NCBI GenBank assembly: GCA_964566535.1
Contig: CAZMIO010000010.1
Span: 1-41,642 of the forward strand
DNA: 41,642 nucleotides
Source of the DNA: an uncultured Methanosarcinales archaeon
GTDB lineage: Archaea > Nanobdellota > Nanobdellia > Woesearchaeales > CAZOXR01
Direction: 5' to 3'
The notes beneath the pieces are model-generated. The model did no database searches, had not been told where the DNA came from, and saw only the letters and a program-made list of their open reading frames with translations. Positions 9,126 through 18,419 of the stretch are shown here, one piece after another (within the stretch, counting starts at the first letter, position 1; every line of letters begins with the position of its first letter). Made by a program: the position numbers and the translations under genes.

Positions 9126-12035
9126 GTGGTAAAATTCAAGGATAAACCGAATACAGATGATGAACTATACAACATTCTTAACCCTATCGTTAAGAAGTGG
9201 TTCAAGAGTAAGTTTGAGACATTTGCTCTGCCTCAGAAATATTCAGTGATGGATATTCATTCTAGGGAGAACATACTAGTTTCGGCTCCCACTGGTTCTG
9301 GAAAGACTTTGACTGCTTTTCTTTCTATTTTGAATGAGCTTATTGATTCATCTGAGAAGGAGATTTTGGAGAATAGGATTTATTGTGTTTATATCTCGCC
9401 ACTTAAGGCACTTAATAATGATATTCAGAAGAATTTAGTTGAGCCTTTGAAAGAGATGGAGGAAATGGCTGGGAAGGAGCTAGGTGTTAGGGTAGGAGTT
9501 AGGACTGGAGATACAACTCCTAAAGAAAAGGCTGCAATGCTTAAGAAGCCTCCACACATTTTGATAACAACTCCTGAATCATTGGCAATTATGTTGTCAT
9601 CTATTAAGTTTGTTGAGCACTTAAAGAATGTTGAATGGTGTGTAGTAGATGAAGTACATGCTTTGGCTGAGAATAAGAGAGGGGTTCATCTGTCACTTTC
9701 TTTGGAGAGGTTGGGGAATTTGAGTTCTCATATGGCTAGAGTTGGTTTGAGTGCAACGATTAGTCCACTTGAGGAGATTGCTAAGTTTTTGGTTGGTTAT
9801 GACAATGGTGAGGAGAGGCCATGTAAGTTAGTTGATGTTCAGTATATGAAAGAGTTGGATATGAAAGTTCTTAGTCCTGTACCTGACTTAATTGACATGG
9901 AGCATGGAGCTATGCACAATGCAATGTATTCTTTGATGGATAAGCTGATACAGGATCATAAGACTACTTTGATATTTACGAATACTCGGGCTGCTACTGA
10001 AAGAGTTGTTCATCATCTTAAGGATAAGTTTCCTAAAAGTTATACTGAGAATGCTGAGAAATCTGAGATTTCTGGCACCTCGGCCAAAGGCCAAGGTATA
10101 GGAGCTCATCATGGCTCTTTGTCTAAGACACATAGGTTGGATATTGAGACTCGGTTACGGGAGGGTAAGTTAAAGGTGGTAGTGTGTTCTACCAGTTTGG
10201 AGTTAGGTATTGATATTGGGTTTATTGATTTAGTTATATTGCTTAGTTCTCCTAAGAGTGTTGCAAGGTGTTTACAGAGAGTTGGTAGATCGGGGCATAA
10301 ATTGCATGAGAAGGCTAAAGGTCGGATAATTGTTTTGGATAGGGATGATTTGGTTGAATGTGCGGTGTTACTGAAGTCTGCTGTTGAGAAGAAGATAGAT
10401 AGTATTCACATTCCTACTAATTGTTTGGATGTTTTGGCTCAGCAGATAGATGGTATTGCAATTGATAGTAAGATTCATGTTAATGAATTGTTTAAATTGG
10501 TTAAGCAGTCTTATTGCTATAAGGATTTAGTTAGGAAGGATTTTAACGAGGTAATTGATTATCTTGCTGGGAAGTTTATTTCGCTTGAAGACAGATATAT
10601 TTATGCGAAGATATGGCATGATGAAGAAACTGGGATGATTGGGAGGAGGGGGAAGATGGGGCGGGTTATTTACATGACTAATATTGGGACGATTCCTGAC
10701 CAAACTTCTGTTAGGGTGAAGGTTGGAGAGCAGACAGTTGGAACTATTGAAGAGGCTTTCCTTGAGAGGTTGAAACCAGGAGATGTTTTTGTACTTGGAG
10801 GACAGGTTTATCAGTTTAAGTTTTCTAGGGGAATGGTTGCTCAGGTTAGTTCTTCTGCTAATCGGCCACCGACTGTGCCGTCATGGTTTTCTGAGATGTT
10901 ACCTTTGAGTTTTGATTTGGCTGTTGATATTGGAAAGTTTAGGAGATCTTTAGGGGAGCAGTTTTGTTTGGGTAAGAAAAAGAAAGAGATAATTAAATTT
11001 ATCAATGATTATCTCTATGTTGATGATAATGGGGCAGAGTCCCTTTACAGATATTTCTTTGAACAGTTTAATTATGCACAGATTCCGTCGTCTACTAGAA
11101 TTATTATTGAGCATTATAAGGATGATACTGGAAATTATGTTTTATTCCATACCCTTTTTGGCAGACGAGTGAACGATTGTCTTAGTAGGGCAGTAGGGTA
11201 TGCAATTGGGAAGACGCAGCACAGAGATGTTGAGATTGGAATAAATGATAATGGGTTTTACATCAGGTCAATTAAGAAAGTAAATGTTATGGCTGCTTTT
11301 AAGATGGTAAAGGCTAAGGAGCTTCGTAAAGTGATGGAGATGGCTATTGATAAGTCTGAGGTTTTGAAAAGAAGGTTTAGGCATTGTGCAGGAAGGTCAC
11401 TTATGATTCTTCGTAATTATAAGGGCAGGACTAAAAGGGTTGGTAGACAAGCTGTATCTTCTATGATATTGATGAATGCTGTGAAGCGGATAAGTAATGA
11501 TTTTTGCATTTTGAAGGAGGCTAGGCGTGAGGTTTTAGAGGATTTGATGGATATTGAGAATACAGAGAAGGTTATTGAGGGGATTGAGAAGAAGAAAATT
11601 AAGGTTGAGGAGATTAGAACTACTATACCTAGTCCTTTTGCGTTTAATCTGTTTGCGATGGGAATAACTGATATTATGAGGATAGAGGATAGGATTGATT
11701 TCATTCGTAGGATGCATAAGAATGTTCTTGTTAAAATTGGAACTAAGAAAGATGTTAATAAGGAAGAGCTGCAGGAGTTTAATTACTACAAACAGTGGAA
11801 GAAGACTGAGGAGGAGCTTTTGGAGAAGAAAGAGGATAAGCTTGAGAAGATGAAGGCGATGGCTTGGAATTTGAAAAGAGTTCCAATGTTTGCAAAAAGG
11901 CAGATTGTTGAGATGCTTGATGGTAAATCAGAGATTCGTCAGGATTTTATTGATGCTGTTCATAAGTATAAGAAAGAGATTGAGAAGGACTGGCCGAAAG
12001 AGATTAAGGAATTTGTTTTTAAGAAAGTGTTTTGA
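9126..12035 (+). CDS. lhr: Lhr-family ATP-dependent SF2 helicase
   Basis: APTGSGKT, TTPESL, DEVH, GLSAT, HHGSLS, SLELGIDIG, QRVGRSGH, SWFSE; GTG at 9126 taken as start. Confidence 0.95.
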   Translation: MVKFKDKPNTDDELYNILNPIVKKWFKSKFETFALPQKYSVMDIHSRENILVSAPTGSGKTLTAFLSILNELIDSSEKEILENRIYCVYISPLKALNNDIQKNLVEPLKEMEEMAGKELGVRVGVRTGDTTPKEKAAMLKKPPHILITTPESLAIMLSSIKFVEHLKNVEWCVVDEVHALAENKRGVHLSLSLERLGNLSSHMARVGLSATISPLEEIAKFLVGYDNGEERPCKLVDVQYMKELDMKVLSPVPDLIDMEHGAMHNAMYSLMDKLIQDHKTTLIFTNTRAATERVVHHLKDKFPKSYTENAEKSEISGTSAKGQGIGAHHGSLSKTHRLDIETRLREGKLKVVVCSTSLELGIDIGFIDLVILLSSPKSVARCLQRVGRSGHKLHEKAKGRIIVLDRDDLVECAVLLKSAVEKKIDSIHIPTNCLDVLAQQIDGIAIDSKIHVNELFKLVKQSYCYKDLVRKDFNEVIDYLAGKFISLEDRYIYAKIWHDEETGMIGRRGKMGRVIYMTNIGTIPDQTSVRVKVGEQTVGTIEEAFLERLKPGDVFVLGGQVYQFKFSRGMVAQVSSSANRPPTVPSWFSEMLPLSFDLAVDIGKFRRSLGEQFCLGKKKKEIIKFINDYLYVDDNGAESLYRYFFEQFNYAQIPSSTRIIIEHYKDDTGNYVLFHTLFGRRVNDCLSRAVGYAIGKTQHRDVEIGINDNGFYIRSIKKVNVMAAFKMVKAKELRKVMEMAIDKSEVLKRRFRHCAGRSLMILRNYKGRTKRVGRQAVSSMILMNAVKRISNDFCILKEARREVLEDLMDIENTEKVIEGIEKKKIKVEEIRTTIPSPFAFNLFAMGITDIMRIEDRIDFIRRMHKNVLVKIGTKKDVNKEELQEFNYYKQWKKTEEELLEKKEDKLEKMKAMAWNLKRVPMFAKRQIVEMLDGKSEIRQDFIDAVHKYKKEIEKDWPKEIKEFVFKKVF

Positions 12036-12042
12036 TTGTTAG

Positions 12043-12471
12043 CTACATTGATATTGACATCATCTCATCTACTACTTCTTTGCTCCAACCTGCATTTGTT
12101 AGTATGTCTTTTATTTCTTCTTCATTGAGTCCTTGAGATAAGCAGGTTGAGATATATTCCTCTAGTTTTTGGTAGTGGGTGTTTGAGATTTGAGGGGCTG
12201 CTTGTTGTTGGGTCTCTTGTTGTGGCTGGAGTTGTTGTTGTGTTGGTTGTGGCTGACTTAGTTCGTATTCTATGTCTGTTGAGCCGTATATGTTGATCAT
12301 TGATACGACTAGAAGCGTTATTAGTATGATTGAGGCCCAGCTGAATGCAACTTTTTCGTTTGCTGTTGAGTAAACTGTGAATCCAGTTATGGATGGTTGG
12401 ACGAGTACTAAGAAAGCTACAAAATTAATGAAGACGATTAAGAATATTATTGCTTTGAATGCTCTTTTCAT
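12043..12471 (-). CDS. Two-TM membrane protein with Q-rich linker and small helical C-terminal domain
   Basis: Two hydrophobic helices; LEEYI...GLNEEEIKDILTNAGW tail. Confidence 0.75.
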   Translation of the reverse strand: MKRAFKAIIFLIVFINFVAFLVLVQPSITGFTVYSTANEKVAFSWASIILITLLVVSMINIYGSTDIEYELSQPQPTQQQLQPQQETQQQAAPQISNTHYQKLEEYISTCLSQGLNEEEIKDILTNAGWSKEVVDEMMSISM

Positions 12472-12528
12472 GTTGTTCTTAATTGATACAGTGGTATTTA
12501 AATATTACGGAAAAAAAGAAGAAAAAGT

Positions 12529-13041
12529 CTATTCTTCTACAACAACAAATCCTCTTTTCATGACCTTGCTGTAAAGGATATCTATATACCAGTACCTTTT
12601 TGCTTCTGTGAATGTGAATTCAAATTCATCTCCATAGTCCATGTATTGGCTTTTGTTGCCTAAAGGATAGATTCTGATTAGATGCTGTCTTTTTTCTTCT
12701 TGGGCCTTTTCGTCGATATGTTTCCAGATTACTGTTGTTCCAACTGGAACTGTTATTGTTTCTGGGACAAATGTTTTGTCGATGATTTCTATGACATTGG
12801 TTGCAGATTCATTAATTAGTTCTTCTGGCTCCTCAGGTTCTTCTTCTGGTTCTTCGATTACTATCTCTTCAGGCTCCTCTGGTTCAGTGGGTTCTTCAGG
12901 TTCTGCCTGAATAGTCTCTTCGAGTTGAATAACATTTCCTGATGCATCGACATCTTGTATGGTTATGATACTTCTTCCTGTAGGGGTGCCAATACAGCCG
13001 ATTATTAGAATTAATACTAAAAATAGTGGAAACAACCTCAT
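12529..13041 (-). CDS. Cupredoxin-fold lipoprotein lacking the Cu-binding Cys
   Basis: IIGC lipobox, P/E linker, FVPETITVPVGTTVIW. Confidence 0.8.
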   Translation of the reverse strand: MRLFPLFLVLILIIGCIGTPTGRSIITIQDVDASGNVIQLEETIQAEPEEPTEPEEPEEIVIEEPEEEPEEPEELINESATNVIEIIDKTFVPETITVPVGTTVIWKHIDEKAQEEKRQHLIRIYPLGNKSQYMDYGDEFEFTFTEAKRYWYIDILYSKVMKRGFVVVEE

Positions 13042-13141
13042 TTTATAATTAAGATAAGATACCTTTATTTAAATTTTGTTGTGGTTGACTACTATAAAGG
13101 AGAAAATAGCAAATAGTTAGGTGTAAATAATGAATATAAGT

Positions 13142-13702
13142 TTATTTCCTTTCCATACTTACAATAAAGGCCATTATTACTCCGATTAGGATTAGGAATG
13201 CTGCTCCTGCGAAGTTTGCTTCACCACTCCATTCAATTGCGTTACCTGTTATGGAGCTTGATCTTGACTCTACGATAATTGATCCAGTCATTGTGAAGAA
13301 GTTTATATCAGCGTAATTGAAGACTCCTTCATTTGTGAACGTGTATGAGTAAGTTTCTCCTGGTACTATCCTGTCACCATAAAACTCTCTGTTTGGAGGA
13401 TTGGCGGCTACCCTATGGGCCCTTCTATCGTTGTTTTCCCAGATTACTGTTGTTCCAACTGGAACTGTTATCTCTTCTGGGTCGAAATAGCCACCACCTA
13501 TCTCAATGACTACTTCTCTAATTGGAGGTTCCTCGATAATTGTTGTTGTTTTTACGATTGGAGGAGTTACATCATCTATTGGTTCAGTTACTTTTGGTTG
13601 TTCTTGAGAAGGTTCAATATTATCTAATGAGATCATAAAATAGGCTAAACTAAAAATTATGATGAGAATGATGATTGGGAATATAATGGATTTATTTTTC
13701 AT
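13142..13702 (-). CDS. Membrane-anchored cupredoxin-fold protein lacking the Cu-binding Cys
   Basis: FDPEEITVPVGTTVIWENND..AH, PGETYSYTF, MTGSIIVE; N- and C-terminal TMs. Confidence 0.82.
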   Translation of the reverse strand: MKNKSIIFPIIILIIIFSLAYFMISLDNIEPSQEQPKVTEPIDDVTPPIVKTTTIIEEPPIREVVIEIGGGYFDPEEITVPVGTTVIWENNDRRAHRVAANPPNREFYGDRIVPGETYSYTFTNEGVFNYADINFFTMTGSIIVESRSSSITGNAIEWSGEANFAGAAFLILIGVIMAFIVSMERK

Positions 13703-13742
13703 TTTTGTTTAAAATAAATTAAAGAAAAAAAAATAAAAAATT

Positions 13743-14171
13743 TTATTCAGTTGGTTCAGTCATTGCTTCTGGCATTTCTTCAACAACTTCAATATTCATT
13801 GTTTTCTTTGTGAAGATGTCAAAAATCCTTAGACTTCCCACTTCGTCAGCTACAACTTCTTGGCTTGTGTCTTCTTCAAGTGTTGGTTGCCCTTTGCCGT
13901 CTACAGTTAGTTTGTGCTTTCCTTGTATTGACTTGAATACAATTGTTGATCCCACTAAAACTGTTAGTTCACTTGGATCATATCCAGCATACATAACCTC
14001 AACTTCAACTGTTTCTGGTTCAGGAGGTTGTGGTTCAACAACTTCTGTAGGTTCTGGCGCTGCTGGTGGTGTGTCAACTGGTGGTGTCACTTCTGGAGTT
14101 TCTACCTCAGCTGGAGCACATGCACTAATCATCGCTATTACCAACAATGCTAAAAGATATCTTACTTTCAT
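13743..14171 (-). CDS. Divergent cupredoxin-fold lipoprotein
   Basis: ISAC lipobox, P-rich linker, YDPSELTVLVGSTIVF. Confidence 0.7.
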   Translation of the reverse strand: MKVRYLLALLVIAMISACAPAEVETPEVTPPVDTPPAAPEPTEVVEPQPPEPETVEVEVMYAGYDPSELTVLVGSTIVFKSIQGKHKLTVDGKGQPTLEEDTSQEVVADEVGSLRIFDIFTKKTMNIEVVEEMPEAMTEPTE

Positions 14172-14242
14172 GTTTTCACCTCTATCTTTGTATTAAAAAT
14201 TGCTTAGTTGATAAATTAGAGTTCTCATTTATATATTTTTCG

Positions 14243-15133
14243 TTACTTTAGGACGGATTCTAGGGATTTTATGGCTACTTCTATCTGTTTTCTTGTTGGT
14301 TCTTTAGTTGTTATCTTTTGGAGCCAGAGTCCTGGTAAGGTAACTGACCTTACAATTGGGTTGTTTTTGAACTTTGCACTGAGTTTTAGAAGTTCATAAG
14401 AGGCCCCAGCTATAATTGGAATTACTATTATTCTTGAGATAAATAGGAAAACTTTCTTTGTTATGAATGATAGGTCCTGGAATGATGGGAACAGTGAATT
14501 TAGGAAAATTGGTAGTATTGAGAATACTATAATGCTAATTATTAGTACTATCACTAAGAAGCTTGAACCGCATCTTGGATGTAATGTCGTGTATTTTTTT
14601 GCGTTTTCTACCGTTAATGGCTTTTTGTTTTCATGGCAGTAAATTGCTTTGTGTTCTGCTCCGTGATATTGGAATAATGTTTTTACTTCTTTCATTCTTG
14701 AAATGAATAAGATATATATTAGGAAAAATGATATTTTTATTAAGCCGTCAATGAAGTTAAAGACTATTGGATTGGATTCTTCTCTTGCTCCCACTAAGAA
14801 TGTTAAGAAGTAAGGTAGGGCTACGAAGAAGACTATTACAATTATTAAGGAGATGATAATTGTCCAAGTCAATTCTGTTTTTGAAAGTTTTTCTTCTTCT
14901 TTGTCTGTTGTTTGATTAGCTGACCATGTTAATGCTTTCATCCCTATGATTAACATTTCAATTAAGTTTACAATGCCTCTTATGAACGGAAGTTTTTGGA
15001 AACTAGGTTTTGGTTTTAGTCTTTGTTTTTTTATTGCTATCTTTCCATTTGGTTTTCTTACTGCTATTGCTAGTTTATCCTTGTTTTTCATCATTACTCC
15101 TTCGATTACTGCTTGTCCTCCGATGTCACTCAT
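14243..15133 (-). CDS. DUF1385 family membrane protein
   Basis: IGGQAVIEGVMM, YHGAEHK, HPRCGSSF, PGLWLQKITTKEP. Confidence 0.93.
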   Translation of the reverse strand: MSDIGGQAVIEGVMMKNKDKLAIAVRKPNGKIAIKKQRLKPKPSFQKLPFIRGIVNLIEMLIIGMKALTWSANQTTDKEEEKLSKTELTWTIIISLIIVIVFFVALPYFLTFLVGAREESNPIVFNFIDGLIKISFFLIYILFISRMKEVKTLFQYHGAEHKAIYCHENKKPLTVENAKKYTTLHPRCGSSFLVIVLIISIIVFSILPIFLNSLFPSFQDLSFITKKVFLFISRIIVIPIIAGASYELLKLSAKFKNNPIVRSVTLPGLWLQKITTKEPTRKQIEVAIKSLESVLK

Positions 15134-15160
15134 GTTTTTTTGACTCCTCCGTAATTTTTC

Positions 15161-15285
15161 CCAATACGATTAATTTGGTTATCCAATGGTTAAATTTTTT
15201 TAACTTTAAATAAAGACGGTGTAATGGTGGCAATTTTCCTTGCTCTAATTTGTGAATGGAAAATTGCAGATTACATCTCGTCTTT
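15161..15285. repeat. Bipartite dispersed repeat, copy 1, ending in a long imperfect hairpin
   Basis: 15161-15200 matches 20089-20128 (39/40); 15205-15236 matches 20187-20218 (30/32). Confidence 0.85.
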
Positions 15286-15341
15286 TTGATTTATTTTAAA
15301 AGTTGTTTAATGGTATTTTTTCAATGGCCGTCGTTTTTAAT

Positions 15342-15671
15342 TTATTGAAATTTATTGTTATTGTTTTTTTCGAATATTATGCCTGATACTAATGATTGTG
15401 GGATGCAACTGTTGCCTATGAGTTTTGTTGGGTATTGAATGCATATTTTTGGTCTTGCTTTGTAGATCTTGCAGGATGACTGGGATTTTCCTTTTTTTAG
15501 GAATGTACACCATCCGTTTTTTTCTTTTATGTATGTAACGCCTCTGAAATCAGTTATTAGGAAATCTTGTTCTTTGTGTCCCGCTTTTATTATATTTTTT
15601 ATGTCTTCTTTGTAGAGCCTTGGACTGTGGCAGCACAGACCACATCTGTTGCATTTGAAGTCTTTGAGCAT
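15342..15671 (-). CDS. YkgJ-family Cys-cluster (Zn/Fe-chelating) protein
   Basis: FKCNRCGLCC, WCTFL, CKIYKARPKICIQYP. Confidence 0.88.
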   Translation of the reverse strand: MLKDFKCNRCGLCCHSPRLYKEDIKNIIKAGHKEQDFLITDFRGVTYIKEKNGWCTFLKKGKSQSSCKIYKARPKICIQYPTKLIGNSCIPQSLVSGIIFEKNNNNKFQ

Positions 15672-15738
15672 CAAAGGATGACAATGTTAGTAATATTTAA
15701 GTGTTTGGATTTAAATAATTGTTAGAATTTGGCTATAG

Positions 15739-16254
15739 TTATGTACACATGCATTGTTTGAATGTTTGGCCACAATAAGCGCTGCCTATATCGTCTCCTG
15801 ATTCTCCGCCGCATATTCCTGTTTGGTATCCTGATTTTTTACATTGTTGAGAACATCCAGGAAACATACACCCTTCACTTGCACAGATGAAATGTATGTT
15901 GTATTGTAAACAATCATTATCTTCCTTACATGGCTGAGGACTACATACACACATGGAATTATCTTCGCAGTATCTGCGTCCTGCTGGGTCACCTAGTTCT
16001 GCGCCACATTCCCCTGTGGTGCTTGATGTACTTTGACAGAAATCCATGCATGTTGGTGCACAAACACAAGAGGTTGAAGGATCTTCGCAAGATTCTCTTC
16101 CTAATTCATGGTCTATTGTTGATAATGGTTCTGTTCTGCAACGTCCTTTTGGAAATCCATCTTCCTTGCAGAGATCATCACATGATTTTTCGCATCCAGA
16201 GACAATTACAATTAATGCAGCTAACGATAAAAGCAGAAGGAATCTTTTTTTCAT
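15739..16254 (-). CDS. Cys-rich secreted lipoprotein with three defensin-like repeats
   Basis: VSGC lipobox; three CxxxC-x7-GxC...C...CxC units. Confidence 0.75.
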   Translation of the reverse strand: MKKRFLLLLSLAALIVIVSGCEKSCDDLCKEDGFPKGRCRTEPLSTIDHELGRESCEDPSTSCVCAPTCMDFCQSTSSTTGECGAELGDPAGRRYCEDNSMCVCSPQPCKEDNDCLQYNIHFICASEGCMFPGCSQQCKKSGYQTGICGGESGDDIGSAYCGQTFKQCMCT

Positions 16255-16334
16255 CTTAAGGTGTTTCTTGTGTTTAGATTATATAAATGTTCCTTTTAGT
16301 AAAGTTATTAAACTGTTGTTGTTTAATTTTTTTA

Positions 16335-16991
16335 ATGGTAAAAGATGTTGCTAAGGTTATTGGAATATTGAAGAAAGAGTCTAAGAAATTTAAAAAACCT
16401 TTTGTTTCTGATTGGGCCGAGATTGTTAAGAGTCCGTATACTACGCTTATTTCTTGTTTGTTGAGTTTGAGGACAAAGGATGATGTTACTGCTAAGGCTT
16501 CACTTCGGTTGCTTAAGGGTAATAGGACCCCTGAGAAAGTTTTGAAACTGTCGGTTAAGAAGATTGAGAAGTTGATTTATCCTGTTGGTTTTTATCGGAC
16601 TAAGGCTAGGAGGATAAAGGAGATTTCCAAGGTTTTGATTGATAAATATAAGAGTAAGGTTCCAAAAGATTTTGACGAACTAATGAAACTCAAGGGCGTG
16701 GGGAAGAAGACGGCTGCAATAACTATGGTTTATGGGCACCAAAAAGCTGATTTTATACCAGTTGATGTTCATGTGCATGTGATTGCGAATAGATTAAATT
16801 GGGTTAAAACCAAAACTCCTGATGAAACCATGGATGATCTTATGAAAGTTGTTCCTAAGAGATATTGGTATGACCTAAATGATTTATTTGTACAATTTGG
16901 TCAAAATGTATGCGTAACTATCTCCCCTAAATGTTCAATTTGTCCAATAAATGAATTATGTCCAAAAGTTAATGTTACGAATAGGAGATAG
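16335..16991 (+). CDS. nth: Endonuclease III (HhH-GPD DNA glycosylase with 4Fe-4S)
   Basis: LLSLRTKD, YPVGFYRTKA, LKGVGKKTA (HhH), VDVHV, C-x6-C-x2-C-x5-C. Confidence 0.95.
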   Translation: MVKDVAKVIGILKKESKKFKKPFVSDWAEIVKSPYTTLISCLLSLRTKDDVTAKASLRLLKGNRTPEKVLKLSVKKIEKLIYPVGFYRTKARRIKEISKVLIDKYKSKVPKDFDELMKLKGVGKKTAAITMVYGHQKADFIPVDVHVHVIANRLNWVKTKTPDETMDDLMKVVPKRYWYDLNDLFVQFGQNVCVTISPKCSICPINELCPKVNVTNRR

Positions 16992-17004
16992 GTTGTATAG
17001 CAAA

Positions 17005-18180
17005 TTAAGTTATAAGGCTATATTCTCCAAATTTAAGGTTTTCTATTTTATTATTTATTCTGAGTGATTTTAAAAGGTAGTACATTCTATCTTCGTTAAT
17101 ATTTAGTTCTCTTGCTAGATCCCCTAATATGATTGTTTTTCTTTTACTTAAAATCTCAATTATCTTATTTCTAAAATATTCTGCTTCTTTTTTTTGTTTT
17201 ATTACTAAGGTATCTATAGATCTTATCTTATCATCAAATTCTTTATCTTTATGCCAAAAACCTAGTAATTTGTCGTTATATCTGGCTATGCAATTTTTAA
17301 CATCTTTATTAAAACTTAGGGCCCCTTCCGACCATAGTAAAACCTCATATACATCTGTTTCACGATACTTACCGAAGCAATAACCTTTCCATCTTTTATG
17401 GTTAACTTTACCTCTTTTGTAGCCTAAACTGTCTATTATCTTAGCTATAGCTTCTATAATTTTTCTATCAACCATCCTAATACTTTTAGTTGATATGGCT
17501 CCTTCATCTACATATAAAGCAACTAAAGCTTGGATTCTATACTCTTTTGGAAGAACCAATAATTTTTCTAAAAAAAGTTCTGAATTTATCTCTTGTATAT
17601 TTATATTAAGACAAAAAGCCACAACTTTTACAAAAATCATTGGCACCCTTATATCTTGAAAAAATTCATATTTTCCTCTTCTAAACCTGTGGTAGTCTTT
17701 AATTGTTAGGTCTCCGTTTGGTTTTATCAGAGATAGAATAAGGGAATTCATACATTGAACACCTGCTTTTTGACCATATCTGTATCCACTATCACAAATA
17801 CTTCCATCCCCTATTACATGTGAAACAATTCTTATTATCTTAGGGTCGATGGTTAGAGGGAAAATATTTTGATAAGTTCGATTGTATGCTCCTGTTTTGG
17901 AGTCTCTGAATAGTTCAATATGTTCTTCGATATAATTTTTTTCTAAATTAAGATGATTTGTTAATTCTATTATTTTTAAAATATTACTGAATCCACCTTT
18001 ACAAAGTGCAGATATAGATTTTCTTCCTAGTGAGACTTTACTTTGAAAGTTGTTAAAAGATTTATACTTTCTTATGATCAGTTTGGTGATTTCCCCTCTA
18101 ATCTCTTTATCTAATTTAACATATATATTTATGTCCCAAGCATGGACTATCATGTTTTGAAAATAAACCTCTTTTTTCAT
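17005..18180 (-). CDS. Free-standing double-motif LAGLIDADG endonuclease-like protein with C-terminal wHTH
   Basis: IVSHVIGDGS and ALVALYVDEG helices; C-terminal LGDLARELNI...YYLLKSL HTH. Start 18180 is 28 nt from a TATA box; an alternative start at 18273 has a GGAGG RBS. Confidence 0.75.
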   Translation of the reverse strand: MKKEVYFQNMIVHAWDINIYVKLDKEIRGEITKLIIRKYKSFNNFQSKVSLGRKSISALCKGGFSNILKIIELTNHLNLEKNYIEEHIELFRDSKTGAYNRTYQNIFPLTIDPKIIRIVSHVIGDGSICDSGYRYGQKAGVQCMNSLILSLIKPNGDLTIKDYHRFRRGKYEFFQDIRVPMIFVKVVAFCLNINIQEINSELFLEKLLVLPKEYRIQALVALYVDEGAISTKSIRMVDRKIIEAIAKIIDSLGYKRGKVNHKRWKGYCFGKYRETDVYEVLLWSEGALSFNKDVKNCIARYNDKLLGFWHKDKEFDDKIRSIDTLVIKQKKEAEYFRNKIIEILSKRKTIILGDLARELNINEDRMYYLLKSLRINNKIENLKFGEYSLIT

Positions 18181-18216
18181 ATTTCTTGAGATAGTATCCT
18201 TATTTAAATACCTTTC

Positions 18217-18243
18217 GAGGGTGTTTGTCCAGTGGGTCGTGGT
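18217..18243 (-). promoter_or_regulatory. Conserved motif (ACCACGACCCACTGGACAAACACCCTC) upstream of TATA, copy 1
   Basis: 26/27 identical to 41503-41529; TTTAAA begins at 18208 on the minus strand. Confidence 0.7.
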
Positions 18244-18419
18244 TAATTTTTTGTTATTTTTCTCTAATTTCATTTAAATTACCTCCAAAATATTTAAAAT
18301 TTTCATGTGTTTTACTTGTAGTGGAGTTCTCTTATTTCTTTTAGTTTCCTAAACAAAAGAATTAAGTTGGAATGAAGCGTTAAGAAGGAAAATTTTGTTT
18401 TTGGAAGTAACAATTGAAG

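Larger units (their letters stand above)
16896..18419. mobile_element. Putative homing-endonuclease insertion in nth carrying a replacement nth 3' end
   Basis: Bounded by TTTGGTCA(A/G)AATGT at 16896 and 18420; two versions of the nth C-terminus flank the LAGLIDADG gene. Confidence 0.7.

Noticed and set aside
17005..18273. Intein or intron-encoded endonuclease
   Set aside because: No Hint motifs (no C/S start or HN end), not in frame with a host protein, antisense to nth and with its own promoter.
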